Program-made: the position numbers and the translations under genes | In this document: piece after piece, positions 41,159-49,733 of the stretch | Position numbering within the stretch: the first letter of the stretch is position 1 | How the letters are laid out: each line of letters starts with the position of its first letter | From: an uncultured Actinomycetes bacterium | Lineage (GTDB): Bacteria; Actinomycetota; UBA4738; HRBIN12 | Direction: 5' to 3' | DNA length: 64,000 nucleotides | Assembly (NCBI GenBank): GCA_963704725.1 | Contig: OY969934.1 | Location: 2,368,001 to 2,432,000 of the forward strand | The notes under the pieces: generated by a model | What the model was told of the DNA's origin: nothing | The model's database searches: none | Seen by the model: the letters and a program-made list of their open reading frames with translations, nothing else

Positions 41159-41685
41159 GCGTCGAGCCAGCCGACGAGCCGGAGCACCTCGGCGGCGATC
41201 TGGGAGAGCGGGCGGTCGGCGTCGACGACGACGTCCGGGGTCGGTCCGTGACCGGCGTCGCGGTGCGCGCGGGCGGCGTCGAGGTCCTCGAGGCGCCCGG
41301 TCGTGGGGCTCGACCGCAGCCGGCGCTCGATCACCTCCCACGGCGCACGGAGCTCGATGATCGTCACGGGGAAGGGGAGGAGGGAACGCATGGCCTCCGC
41401 CTCAGACTGGCCGGCGACGGAGCCCGCCATCACGAAGCGACGCACCCCGGCCTCGAGGTAGTTGCCCACGATCGCCGAGAGGTTGGCCAGGAACACGGTC
41501 CGATCGGCGTGGGGGTCGAGGTCGTCGGTTCCGAACCACGACAGCCAGTCGAGGTCGAGCGCCGCGAACGGCGAGCCGTCGTGCTCCAGATGGACGGCGA
41601 TCTCCTCGGCGACGGAGGTCTTGCCCGTGCCGTAGAGCCCGCACAGGAGGACCCCCTGGTGACCGGCGCCGGATGCACCGGTCAT
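41155..41685 (-). CDS. P-loop nucleotide kinase-like protein
   Basis: GLYGTGKTS Walker A, LDLDW. Confidence 0.7.
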   Translation of the reverse strand: MTGASGAGHQGVLLCGLYGTGKTSVAEEIAVHLEHDGSPFAALDLDWLSWFGTDDLDPHADRTVFLANLSAIVGNYLEAGVRRFVMAGSVAGQSEAEAMRSLLPFPVTIIELRAPWEVIERRLRSSPTTGRLEDLDAARAHRDAGHGPTPDVVVDADRPLSQIAAEVLRLVGWLDA

Positions 41686-42470
41686 GCCAGGCGCGTGCCG
41701 ATGCCCCAGGACACGCCGACGCTCCGCCAGTAGCCGGCGAGGATCTCGGCCGGCGCGAGCGACTCGAGCTCCTCGACCGGCGAGGGGCCGAACGAGAGCT
41801 CGGCGTCGCCGGTCCAGACCTCCGAACCCTCCCAGTCGTAGCTCTTCATCGTGACGAGCTCGTCCATCGAGGGCGGCGCCCCCTCCTCGATCGAGGGGAA
41901 GTAGCGGTGGTGGAGCATGGGGAGCGCGTTGACGAAGCCCGCCGACTCGGCGCGGCCGGTGATCGTGAAGCGCGCATCGATCACCCGGCGGTCGTGCACG
42001 GCGACGGAGGCCCCGAAGCGCCCGCCCGGCTCCAGACGCGGTCCGGCCCGGCCCACCGAGACCGGCCGGGTCATCCAGATCGAGCCGAGCTTCTTCGGAT
42101 AGCCCTGATGCCAGCCCCGGACCATGGCGAAGTCCTTGTCGACCCAGATCAGCACGCATCGCGAGTAGTGTTCGCCCCGGTACCGACAGCGCACGACGAG
42201 GAACGCCTCCTTGTATTGGGAGCGGACCGGGTCGAGCAGCTCCTCGAACGAGTCCGAGCACGACTGCCAGTCGGCGAAGATCACGGCGACGGCGTCGGGC
42301 TCCTCCTCCGCCGGCTCGAGGGGCGCCGGGAGCCACCTCTCGACGGAGCCGCGAGCGGCGCGGTACTCGATCGTCAGCAGGTCGCCGGAGTAGTGCCAGG
42401 GCGGACCCGCCACGACCGAGGACCGACCCTCGGGCGTGAGCGGCGGCACGAAGCCTTTCAGGTCCCCCAC
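41682..42470 (-). CDS. Acetoacetate decarboxylase family protein
   Basis: PPWHYSG, QYKE, RGWHQGYPKKLG with Schiff-base Lys. Confidence 0.85.
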   Translation of the reverse strand: MGDLKGFVPPLTPEGRSSVVAGPPWHYSGDLLTIEYRAARGSVERWLPAPLEPAEEEPDAVAVIFADWQSCSDSFEELLDPVRSQYKEAFLVVRCRYRGEHYSRCVLIWVDKDFAMVRGWHQGYPKKLGSIWMTRPVSVGRAGPRLEPGGRFGASVAVHDRRVIDARFTITGRAESAGFVNALPMLHHRYFPSIEEGAPPSMDELVTMKSYDWEGSEVWTGDAELSFGPSPVEELESLAPAEILAGYWRSVGVSWGIGTRLA

Positions 42471-42476
42471 GCGCTG

Positions 42477-42483
42477 CATACTA
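42477..42483. promoter_or_regulatory. Overlapping bidirectional -10 boxes for two leaderless genes
   Basis: CATACT (+) 8 nt before ATG 42491; TAGTAT (-) 7 nt before GTG 42470. Confidence 0.55.
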
Positions 42484-42490
42484 CCGACCA

Positions 42491-43336
42491 ATGGAGACGC
42501 GACGGATCGCGGTCGGCGAGGAGGCGCTGGGGGTCGCGCGCGACGGCGACGAGCTCGTGACCGGCGACGGGCGTCGGTTCCCGATCGACGGCGTCCTCCA
42601 TCTGCCACCCGTCAAGCCCACCAAGATCATCTGCATCCACCTGAACTACGAGAGCCGGGTCAAGGAGTTCCTGGCGAACCTCCCGCCCGCCCCGACCTAC
42701 TTCCACAAGCCGATCAGCGCGTTGAACGCCCACGGCGGCGAGGTCGTCCGTCCCCCGAGGTGCCGTTACCTGAACTACGAGGGGGAGATCGCCATCGTGA
42801 TCGGCCGGGAGTGCGCGCACATCGCGCCGGAGGACGCCGGGGCGTTCATCGCCGGCTACACGATCGCCAACGACTTCGGCCTGCACGACTTCCGGGACAC
42901 GGACGCCGGATCGATGCTCCGCGTGAAGGGCTCGGACACGCTGTGCCCGCTCGGGCCGGGGCTCGTCGACGACTGGGACTTCCACGGCAAGCGGATCCGC
43001 ACGCTCGTGAACGGCGAGGTCCGCCAGGACGGCTCGACCGACGAGATGGTGTGGGACATGCCGTACCTCGTCGCCGACATCGCCCGGACGATCACGCTCG
43101 TTCCCGGCGACGTGATCCTGTCCGGCACGCCGGCCAACTCCCGGCCGGTCGAGCCCGGCGACGTGGTCGAGGTGGAGGTCGAGGGCCTCGGCACCCTGCG
43201 GAACACGATCGTCGAGAGCGGCGTGCCGATCCGCGAGGACGTCGGCGCCCAGCCGAGCGAGTCCGAAGAGGTGATCTCGACCGCGTTCGGCGGCGACTGG
43301 GAGCTCCGGGGCGTCCGCCCGCCCCGAAAGGGTTGA
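42491..43336 (+). CDS. Fumarylacetoacetate hydrolase family protein (HpaG-like)
   Basis: KIICIHLNY, FHKP, NYEGEI, ANDFG, GDVILSGTP. Confidence 0.88.
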   Translation: METRRIAVGEEALGVARDGDELVTGDGRRFPIDGVLHLPPVKPTKIICIHLNYESRVKEFLANLPPAPTYFHKPISALNAHGGEVVRPPRCRYLNYEGEIAIVIGRECAHIAPEDAGAFIAGYTIANDFGLHDFRDTDAGSMLRVKGSDTLCPLGPGLVDDWDFHGKRIRTLVNGEVRQDGSTDEMVWDMPYLVADIARTITLVPGDVILSGTPANSRPVEPGDVVEVEVEGLGTLRNTIVESGVPIREDVGAQPSESEEVISTAFGGDWELRGVRPPRKG

Positions 43337-43340
43337 CCCC

Positions 43341-43763
43341 GTGGAGCTCGATGCCGTCCTGCACGCCCACGCGTTCCTGCGCGTGGAGCGGCCGCCCGAG
43401 CTGTGGGAGGCGAACACGGAGCTCGAGGCGTTCCTCCACCTGCTCGGCGAGATGATCGTCATCGGCTTGAACCGCGGGAACGAGCTGGGCGACCTGACGC
43501 TGAACGCCTCGAACGTGACGGTCGAACCCGATCCGGACGGGGAGTCGCGCGTGCCCGACGGGGACTTCGTGGCGATCTCGGTCCGCGGAGCGGGCGAGTG
43601 GGCCGACGACGCGTGGTGGGCGGGCCAGGGGCCGACGACCGGCCTCCTGTGCAACGTCGGGCCGGCGGCCGATGCCGCGGGCGCCGTGTACGGCTACACG
43701 CGCGATCTGGGCCGCGAGGGGTCGGTGACCGTCTTCCTGCCGAGGCTCCTCGACAGCTCCTGA
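43341..43763 (+). CDS. Hypothetical protein resembling a degenerate stand-alone HATPase_c domain
   Basis: LTLNASNVTV..VPDGDFVAISVRGAG..GAVYGYTRDLGREGSVTVFLPR. Confidence 0.5.
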   Translation: MELDAVLHAHAFLRVERPPELWEANTELEAFLHLLGEMIVIGLNRGNELGDLTLNASNVTVEPDPDGESRVPDGDFVAISVRGAGEWADDAWWAGQGPTTGLLCNVGPAADAAGAVYGYTRDLGREGSVTVFLPRLLDSS

Positions 43764-43899
43764 TCCACCTGTCGGCGCTCGGGCCCGGCTTCGAGCGCGA
43801 ACCCGACGTCCATCGCCGCACCGTACCCGGCCCCGAGCCGAAGGGGCTATCCTCGCGGCCGAGACCGTTCGGACCCGAACCATTTCCCGAGGAGAGGCG

Positions 43900-45207
43900 A
43901 TGGACATCAAGGGCAAGCGGCTCCGGCTCCTGTACTCGGACGTGCTCGGGCTCGAGCGCGGCAAGTACCTGTTCGGCGACATGGCCGACGACGGCCGGGC
44001 GGCGTTCTGCATCGGCGTCTACCCCCTGACGACCGACAAGGAGATCCTCGACATCTCCGGCCAGCAGTTCGACGTCGGCCTGCCCGACGTCGACGCGTTC
44101 ATCGACCGGGACTCGCTGCGGCCCGGCTGGGAGGAGGACACGATCGTCGGCATCGCCGACGTCCACCAGCACGGACAGCCCCTGGCCGTCGATCCGCGCG
44201 AGGTGCTCCGGCGCGCGGTCGCGCCGTGGAAGGCGATGGGGCTCGAGCCGATGTTCGCCTTCGAGTCCGAGTTCTACCTCCTCGACAAGGACGAGGGGGG
44301 CGCCTGGAAGGCCGTCGACCTCCCCTCGCACCGCGTGTACGGGACCGGCATGGCCGTCGACCCCACGGGGACGGTCGACGACATGGTCCGGGCGGCGATG
44401 GCGTGCGGCCTTCCCGTCGAGGGCTGGGGGTCCGAGTTCGACACCGCCGCCTACGAGGTGAACATCCGGTACAAGGAGGTCATCCCCGCGGCCGACGAGT
44501 GCTTCCTGTTCCGGCTCCTGGTGAAGGAGATCGCGGCCCGCCACGGCAAGCTCGCAACCTTCCTGGGGCGGCCGTTCAACGACCGGGGCGGCAGCGGCCT
44601 GCACCTGAACTTCTCGTTCCGACGCGAGGACGGCTCGAACGCCTTCCACGACCCCAACGCGCCCGACGCCCTCTCCTCGATCGCTCGGGAGTGCGTGGCC
44701 GGGGTGCTCGCCCACCATGAGGCCATCGCGGCGTTCGCCGCCCCCCATGTGAACGCCTACAAGCGCCTCATCCCGGACATGCTGAACGGCTACTGGGCCA
44801 ACTGGGGCTTCGACGACCGGACGGTCTGCGTCCGCGTCCCGCCCGCCCGCGGCGAGGGCACCCGCCTCGAGCACCGGATGTCCGACGGCGCCGCGAACCC
44901 CTACCTGGCGGCCGCCGCGGTCCTGCACGCAGCCCGCCTCGGCGTCGAGCACCGCATGTCGCCGCCCGACGCGCAGGTGACCGGCCAGCCCCCGAACACG
45001 GAGCGGCGGGTCCCGCCCAGCCTCGAGGCCTCGCTCCACGCGCTCGAGGGCGACCAGGAGCTGTGCGCGGCGCTCGGCCCCTGGCTCGTCGAGACGTTCA
45101 CCAAGCTGAAGCGCGCCGAGTGGGAGCGTTACGCGAAGGCGGTCGAGGACACCGCGACCGGCGACGTCACGCCGTGGGAGATCGAGTACTACCTCCCGTT
45201 CTTCTGA
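43900..45207 (+). CDS. Glutamine synthetase family protein (gamma-glutamylpolyamine synthetase-like)
   Basis: ERGK, FESEFYL, GSGLHLNFS, NAYKRL, WGFDDR..RVP, RLEHR.SDGAANPY. Confidence 0.85.
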   Translation: MDIKGKRLRLLYSDVLGLERGKYLFGDMADDGRAAFCIGVYPLTTDKEILDISGQQFDVGLPDVDAFIDRDSLRPGWEEDTIVGIADVHQHGQPLAVDPREVLRRAVAPWKAMGLEPMFAFESEFYLLDKDEGGAWKAVDLPSHRVYGTGMAVDPTGTVDDMVRAAMACGLPVEGWGSEFDTAAYEVNIRYKEVIPAADECFLFRLLVKEIAARHGKLATFLGRPFNDRGGSGLHLNFSFRREDGSNAFHDPNAPDALSSIARECVAGVLAHHEAIAAFAAPHVNAYKRLIPDMLNGYWANWGFDDRTVCVRVPPARGEGTRLEHRMSDGAANPYLAAAAVLHAARLGVEHRMSPPDAQVTGQPPNTERRVPPSLEASLHALEGDQELCAALGPWLVETFTKLKRAEWERYAKAVEDTATGDVTPWEIEYYLPFF

Positions 45208-45481
45208 CCAGCCTGACCTGCGGTCATTGGCCGGAACGTCGCATCCGGTCGACCCTGCCGCTCAGGGCCGGGCAGTCCTGTCTGCGGTCGATGCCCGGTC
45301 GGACCATCGGTGCGGGAGATTCCCGACTGGGGGTCTCGGCGGAGCTCCTCACCCGCCTACAGGACGAGTTCCGGAGGACCGAGGAGACTACGGAGAGTCC
45401 CGGCCTGGAAGACCCAATCGTTCGAGCCACTGCCCGTGCGGGCGGGGACTCCGACCGAGCCTCGCTGAGAGGAGCCATCAC

Positions 45482-46699
45482 ATGAAGATCCTGCTGGTCG
45501 GAACGGGCGGTGTCGGAGAGGCGATCGCCGTGATCGCCAAGGACCGGCCGTTCCTGGAGAGGGTCGTCCTCGCGGACCTCGACCTGTCCCGGGCGCTCGA
45601 GGTGGCACAGAAGGTCGGAGGCGGCCGGCGCTTCCCCGTCGAGCGGCTGGACGCGTCGTCGAAGGGACAGATCGTCGCCCTGGCCCGCAAGCACGAGGTC
45701 GACCTCATCCTCAACGCGGTCGAGCCCCGGTTCAACATGCCGATCTTCGACGCGGCCTTCGAGGCCGGGACCCACTACATGGACATGGCGATGTCGCTCT
45801 CCAAGCGCCACGCCCTCGAGCCCTACGCGAAGACCGGCCTCATGCTCGGCGACGAGCAGTTCGCCAAGGCCGAGGCGTGGGAGGAGAAGGAGCTGCTCGC
45901 CCTGGTCGGGATGGGCGTCGAGCCCGGCATGGCCGACGTGCTGGCGGCGTATGCCAGCAAGCACCTGTTCGACGAGATCGACGAGATCGGGATCCGCGAC
46001 GGCGCGAACCTCGTCGTCAAGGGCTACGACTTCGCGCCCAACTTCTCGATCTGGACGACGATCGAGGAGTGCCTGAACCCGCCCGTGATCTTCGAGAAGG
46101 GACGGGGCTGGTTCACCACCGAGCCCTTCTCCGAGCCCGAGACGTTCGAGTTCCCCGAGGGGATCGGTCCGGTCGAGTGCGTGAACGTCGAGCACGAAGA
46201 GGTGCTGCTCGTGCCTCGCTGGCTCGAGGCCAAGCGGGTCACGTTCAAGTACGGGCTGGGCCAGGAGTTCATCGACGTCCTGAAGACGATCGAGCTCCTC
46301 GGCCTGGATTCCACCGTGCCGGTCGACGTGCACGGCGTGCAGGTCGCGCCGCGCGACGTCGTCGCCGCGTGCCTGCCGGACCCGGCCAAGCTCGGGCATC
46401 TCATGAGTGGCAAGACGTGCGCCGGAACGTGGGTGCGCGGACGCAAGGGCGACCACCTCAAGGAGGCGTACCTGTACCAGGTCGCCGACAACGAGGAGTG
46501 CATGGCGAAGTACGGCGTGCAGGCGGTCGTGTGGCAGACGGCCGTGAGCCCCGTGATCGCGCTCGAGCTCCTGGACTCCGGAGCTTGGAAGGGCGCCGGG
46601 GTCCTCGGCCCGGAGGCGTTCGACCCCGATCCGTTCGTCGAGAAGATGGCGGCGTACGACTTCCCGCTCGGGATCCGCGAGAGCACGCCCGACCGGTAG
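45482..46699 (+). CDS. Saccharopine dehydrogenase / carboxynorspermidine dehydrogenase family protein
   Basis: GTGGVG Rossmann, HYMDMA, GMGVEPG, VNVEHEEV, GVLGPEAFDP. Confidence 0.85.
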   Translation: MKILLVGTGGVGEAIAVIAKDRPFLERVVLADLDLSRALEVAQKVGGGRRFPVERLDASSKGQIVALARKHEVDLILNAVEPRFNMPIFDAAFEAGTHYMDMAMSLSKRHALEPYAKTGLMLGDEQFAKAEAWEEKELLALVGMGVEPGMADVLAAYASKHLFDEIDEIGIRDGANLVVKGYDFAPNFSIWTTIEECLNPPVIFEKGRGWFTTEPFSEPETFEFPEGIGPVECVNVEHEEVLLVPRWLEAKRVTFKYGLGQEFIDVLKTIELLGLDSTVPVDVHGVQVAPRDVVAACLPDPAKLGHLMSGKTCAGTWVRGRKGDHLKEAYLYQVADNEECMAKYGVQAVVWQTAVSPVIALELLDSGAWKGAGVLGPEAFDPDPFVEKMAAYDFPLGIRESTPDR

Positions 46700-46709
46700 G
46701 GGGGCTCAC

Positions 46710-46743
46710 CGATGAGGCGCCGGGTTCGCCCGGCGCCTCATCG
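46710..46743. terminator. Bidirectional terminator-like hairpin between convergent genes
   Basis: CGATGAGGCGCCGGG-TTCG-CCCGGCGCCTCATCG, perfect 15-bp stem. Confidence 0.7.
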
Positions 46744-47148
46744 CGTCGCGCCCACGTCCTCCGAGAGGTACCGCGACGGGCTCACGATCCGGATCCCGCC
46801 CCACGAGCCGAGGCGCAAGAGGTGACGGTCACGGGTGACGACGGCCTCGGCCGCCCCGTCCACCGCCGCCTCGAGCGCGCCGTCGTCTGCCGGGTCGGCC
46901 TCCACGACGCGGATCCGCTCGGCGGCACCGGCGACGGTGGCCAGCCGCACCACCTGCGCGATCGCCTCGGCGGCGGCCCGCGGCTCGCGGAACCCGTCGG
47001 ACAACACCCGGCCGAGCTCGGCCAGCAGCGGCCGAGACGTGACGAGCTCGGCGCGTCCCTCGATCACCGACCGGTAGACGCGCTCGGCCGGTCCGCCGGG
47101 GAACCCGAACGCGGCGGCGAGCGCCCCGGCGTCGAGGACGATCCTCAC
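46738..47148 (-). CDS. PIN-domain putative toxin (PIN_3 type)
   Basis: RIVLD, ELGRVL, DPADD..LEAA, VVTRDRHLL. Confidence 0.8.
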   Translation of the reverse strand: MRIVLDAGALAAAFGFPGGPAERVYRSVIEGRAELVTSRPLLAELGRVLSDGFREPRAAAEAIAQVVRLATVAGAAERIRVVEADPADDGALEAAVDGAAEAVVTRDRHLLRLGSWGGIRIVSPSRYLSEDVGATR

Positions 47149-47396
47149 CGGCGGGCCTGCCGGATGAGGCGGTCGACGTCCTCTTCGGTGGTGATGCCGA
47201 GCTCCCGGGCCCTCGCCGCGAACGAGCGCTGGAGGTACTCGAACCGCTCGGTCTCACGCCAGATCCCGTACACGCGCAGCATCTCGCGGAACAGCTCGCT
47301 CTTGTTCCGGCCCTCTTCCTCGGCCATCCGCTCGAAGGCGTCCGCGGCCTCGGGAGGAACCGAGACAGCGAGCACCCGGGACGTCCGACCGGTCAT
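47145..47396 (-). CDS. RHH/CopG family antitoxin
   Basis: VLAVSVPPE..FERMAEEEGRNKSELFREML; GITTEEDV tail; GTGA overlap. Confidence 0.82.
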   Translation of the reverse strand: MTGRTSRVLAVSVPPEAADAFERMAEEEGRNKSELFREMLRVYGIWRETERFEYLQRSFAARARELGITTEEDVDRLIRQARR

Positions 47397-47414
47397 GTCA
47401 TACAGTGTATGACA
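47396..47414. promoter_or_regulatory. Palindromic operator over the -10 (TACACT) of the RHH-PIN operon
   Basis: TGTCATACA-g-TGTATGACA perfect palindrome. Confidence 0.7.
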
Positions 47415-47444
47415 GACCTCCCGGTGCGCGCTTCGTCCGGATGG

Positions 47445-47466
47445 GTATCACAGATCGTGATACGCT
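47445..47466. promoter_or_regulatory. Palindromic operator over the -10 (TACGCT) of the RHH-MazF operon
   Basis: GTATCAC-agatc-GTGATAC. Confidence 0.65.
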
Positions 47467-47473
47467 CGGACAC

Positions 47474-47713
47474 ATGGTCAGAGCGATCTCCGTGAGGCTT
47501 GACGATGAGGCCCTCCGTGCACTCTCGCGTCTGGAGGCGACCGGACTCAGCAGGTCGCAAGCGATCCGCAGCGCGGTGGTGGACGCAGCCGAACGACTAC
47601 GACGACACGAGTCGTTGGCGGCCGAGTCCAGGGCATTGGAAGCGGACGAGGCGGACCGGGAAGAGATGCTCGAAGTCGCGGCGCTCATGGAGAGCCTGCG
47701 TGCGCCGGGGTGA
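47474..47713 (+). CDS. RHH antitoxin
   Basis: AISVRLDDEA..L..GLSRSQAIRSAV; acidic C-terminus. Confidence 0.8.
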   Translation: MVRAISVRLDDEALRALSRLEATGLSRSQAIRSAVVDAAERLRRHESLAAESRALEADEADREEMLEVAALMESLRAPG

Positions 47714-48017
47714 CGTCTTCGAGTTCCGCCCCCCGCGAGGCCGTGGTCACGAACAGCGCGGCAAGAGGTACGGCGTGGTCGTTCAGGCGGACTCGCTGCT
47801 TCCCCGCTCCGTCGTGATCGTCGTCCCGACATCTCGGAGCGCGCGTCCGGCGTCCTTTCGACCGGAGATCCTGCTCGAGGACGAGCACACGAGGGTGTTG
47901 GTAGAGCAGCTCGGCGCCGTGGACGCAACTCGGCTCGGGGACCTCGTCGGCCACGTGAGCCCGGAGGAGATGTGGGGCATCGACGAGGCCCTCCTCACGG
48001 TCCTGGGTCTTGGGTGA
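47700..48017 (+). CDS. mazF: MazF/PemK family toxin
   Basis: RRGDV, GHEQRGKRYGVVVQ, VVPTS, LVEQLGAVD..RLG. Confidence 0.88.
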   Translation: MRRGDVFEFRPPRGRGHEQRGKRYGVVVQADSLLPRSVVIVVPTSRSARPASFRPEILLEDEHTRVLVEQLGAVDATRLGDLVGHVSPEEMWGIDEALLTVLGLG

Positions 48018-48095
48018 CGCCGGCGGATCCGGTTGCGCCCACGGTCGTTCGGTAGCAAACTACCGCCCTCACTCGCCCCCGACGGGAGGAGACTG

Positions 48096-49364
48096 ATGAG
48101 CGTGGCGACGACCGAGCTCGACCTGTCGAAGATCGACCTCGTCGACCCCGACCAGTACGTCGAGCGCATCCCGTTCGAGTGGTTCGACTACCTCCGGCGC
48201 GAGCACCCGGTCGTGTGGCACGACGAGCCCGCCGGCAACAGGGGCTTCTGGGCCGTCACGCGGTACGACGATCTCGTGGCCGTGCACATGGACTGGGAGA
48301 CGTTCTCGAGCGAGCGGGGCGCGGTGTCGCTCGAGGAGCTCGACGACGAGCAGCTGAAGATCCGCCGGTCGATGCTCGAGACCGACCCGCCCCGCCACCG
48401 GCAGCTCCGCAACATCTGCAACAAGCGGTTCAGCGCCCGGGGGGTCGGCGCGTACGAGGACTTCATCCGCGAGGTGGCGGGCTCGGTGCTCGACCGGGCG
48501 CTCGAGCGCGAGGAGTTCGACTTCACGCTCGAGGTGGCCAAGGAGCTGCCGATCCGGTTCCTGTGCGCGATCTTCACGGTCCCCCAGGACGACGCGCCGA
48601 TGCTGATCCGGTGGGGCGACGCGATGATCGGCAATCAGGATCCCGAGTTCACCCACGCCGTCGTCGACAAGGTGGACACGGAGGAGTACCGGAACCTCCC
48701 CTTCCGCTCCCCCATCGCGCTCGAGATGTTCGAGTACGCGCACCGCCAGCGGGACTCGCGCCTGGAGGAGCCGCAGAACGACGTCATCACGGCGTTGACC
48801 GTGGCCCAGCGCGAGGGGACGCTCACCGAGCGGGAGTTCGACAATTACTTCGGTCTGCTGATGATCGCCGGCAACGAGACCACGCGTCACACGATCAGCC
48901 ACGGCATGCTCGCGCTGCTCGAGCACCCCGACCAGATGCGGCAGCTCCAGGACGACCCGTCGCTGATCCCCGCCGCCGTCGAGGAGATCCTGCGGTGGGC
49001 CACCCCGGTCATGCACTTCCGCCGGACCGCCACCAGGGATACCGAGCTCGGCGGCACGCGGATCCGCGAGGGCGACAAGGTCGTCACGTGGTACATCAGC
49101 GCGAACCGCGACGAGCGGACCTTCGACGACCCCTACCGGTTCGACGTCACCCGCCGGAACGCCGGCGACCACGTCACGTTCGGCCCGGGCGGCCCGCACT
49201 TCTGCCTCGGCGCCCACCTGGCCAAGCTCGAGACGAAGGTCCTGCTCCAGGAGCTCCTACCGCGCCTGCGCTCGATCGAGCTCGCCGGCCCCGTCGAGCG
49301 CATGCGCTCGAATTTCGTCAACGGCATCAAGCACATGCCGGTGCGCGTCGAACTCGCACGTTAG
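48096..49364 (+). CDS. Cytochrome P450 (CYP124/125-like)
   Basis: DPPRH, AGNETT, EEILR, FGPGGPHFCLG heme motif. Confidence 0.93.
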   Translation: MSVATTELDLSKIDLVDPDQYVERIPFEWFDYLRREHPVVWHDEPAGNRGFWAVTRYDDLVAVHMDWETFSSERGAVSLEELDDEQLKIRRSMLETDPPRHRQLRNICNKRFSARGVGAYEDFIREVAGSVLDRALEREEFDFTLEVAKELPIRFLCAIFTVPQDDAPMLIRWGDAMIGNQDPEFTHAVVDKVDTEEYRNLPFRSPIALEMFEYAHRQRDSRLEEPQNDVITALTVAQREGTLTEREFDNYFGLLMIAGNETTRHTISHGMLALLEHPDQMRQLQDDPSLIPAAVEEILRWATPVMHFRRTATRDTELGGTRIREGDKVVTWYISANRDERTFDDPYRFDVTRRNAGDHVTFGPGGPHFCLGAHLAKLETKVLLQELLPRLRSIELAGPVERMRSNFVNGIKHMPVRVELAR

Positions 49365-49648
49365 CGAGCGAACCGGTCGATCAACGCCTGGGCGTAGGTG
49401 CGCTCCCAGGGCTCCGCCGGGTGCTGCGCCGTGTAGTCCAGGTCGCACTGGACGAGGGCGTGCGTCAACGCGCTGCGGACCGGCGTGACACCGAGGAGGC
49501 CGGGAAGCTCCGACAGGTCGATCAGCCACTCGGCATACCAGGAGGCCCAGTCCTCGTCCGCGCCGTCCACGATGGTGTAGACGACGTGGTGCGTCTCCGC
49601 AGCGCGATGGAGCACCTCGGCCACCTTCGTTACCCGATCGTCGTTCAC
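49361..49648 (-). CDS. Hypothetical protein
   Basis: GGAGG RBS before GTG; AAETHH..DEDWASWYAEWL. Confidence 0.6.
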   Translation of the reverse strand: MNDDRVTKVAEVLHRAAETHHVVYTIVDGADEDWASWYAEWLIDLSELPGLLGVTPVRSALTHALVQCDLDYTAQHPAEPWERTYAQALIDRFAR

Positions 49649-49697
49649 GGCCGCCCTCCTCTCGTCTCGTCCGATGGGCATCTTGCCAGGGTCGCCA

Positions 49698-49724
49698 GGA
49701 ATCGGGGCCGGCGGAACCCGGTTG
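49698..49724 (+). promoter_or_regulatory. SigR/SigH-type ECF promoter
   Basis: GGAAT-N18-GTTG, 9 nt before the MFS ATG. Confidence 0.55.
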
Positions 49725-49733
49725 AACGGGCGC

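Noticed and set aside
45430-45460. GAGCCACTG as part of a cobalamin riboswitch
   Set aside because: The B12 box and GGGAA core are not found; kept only as a generic leader candidate
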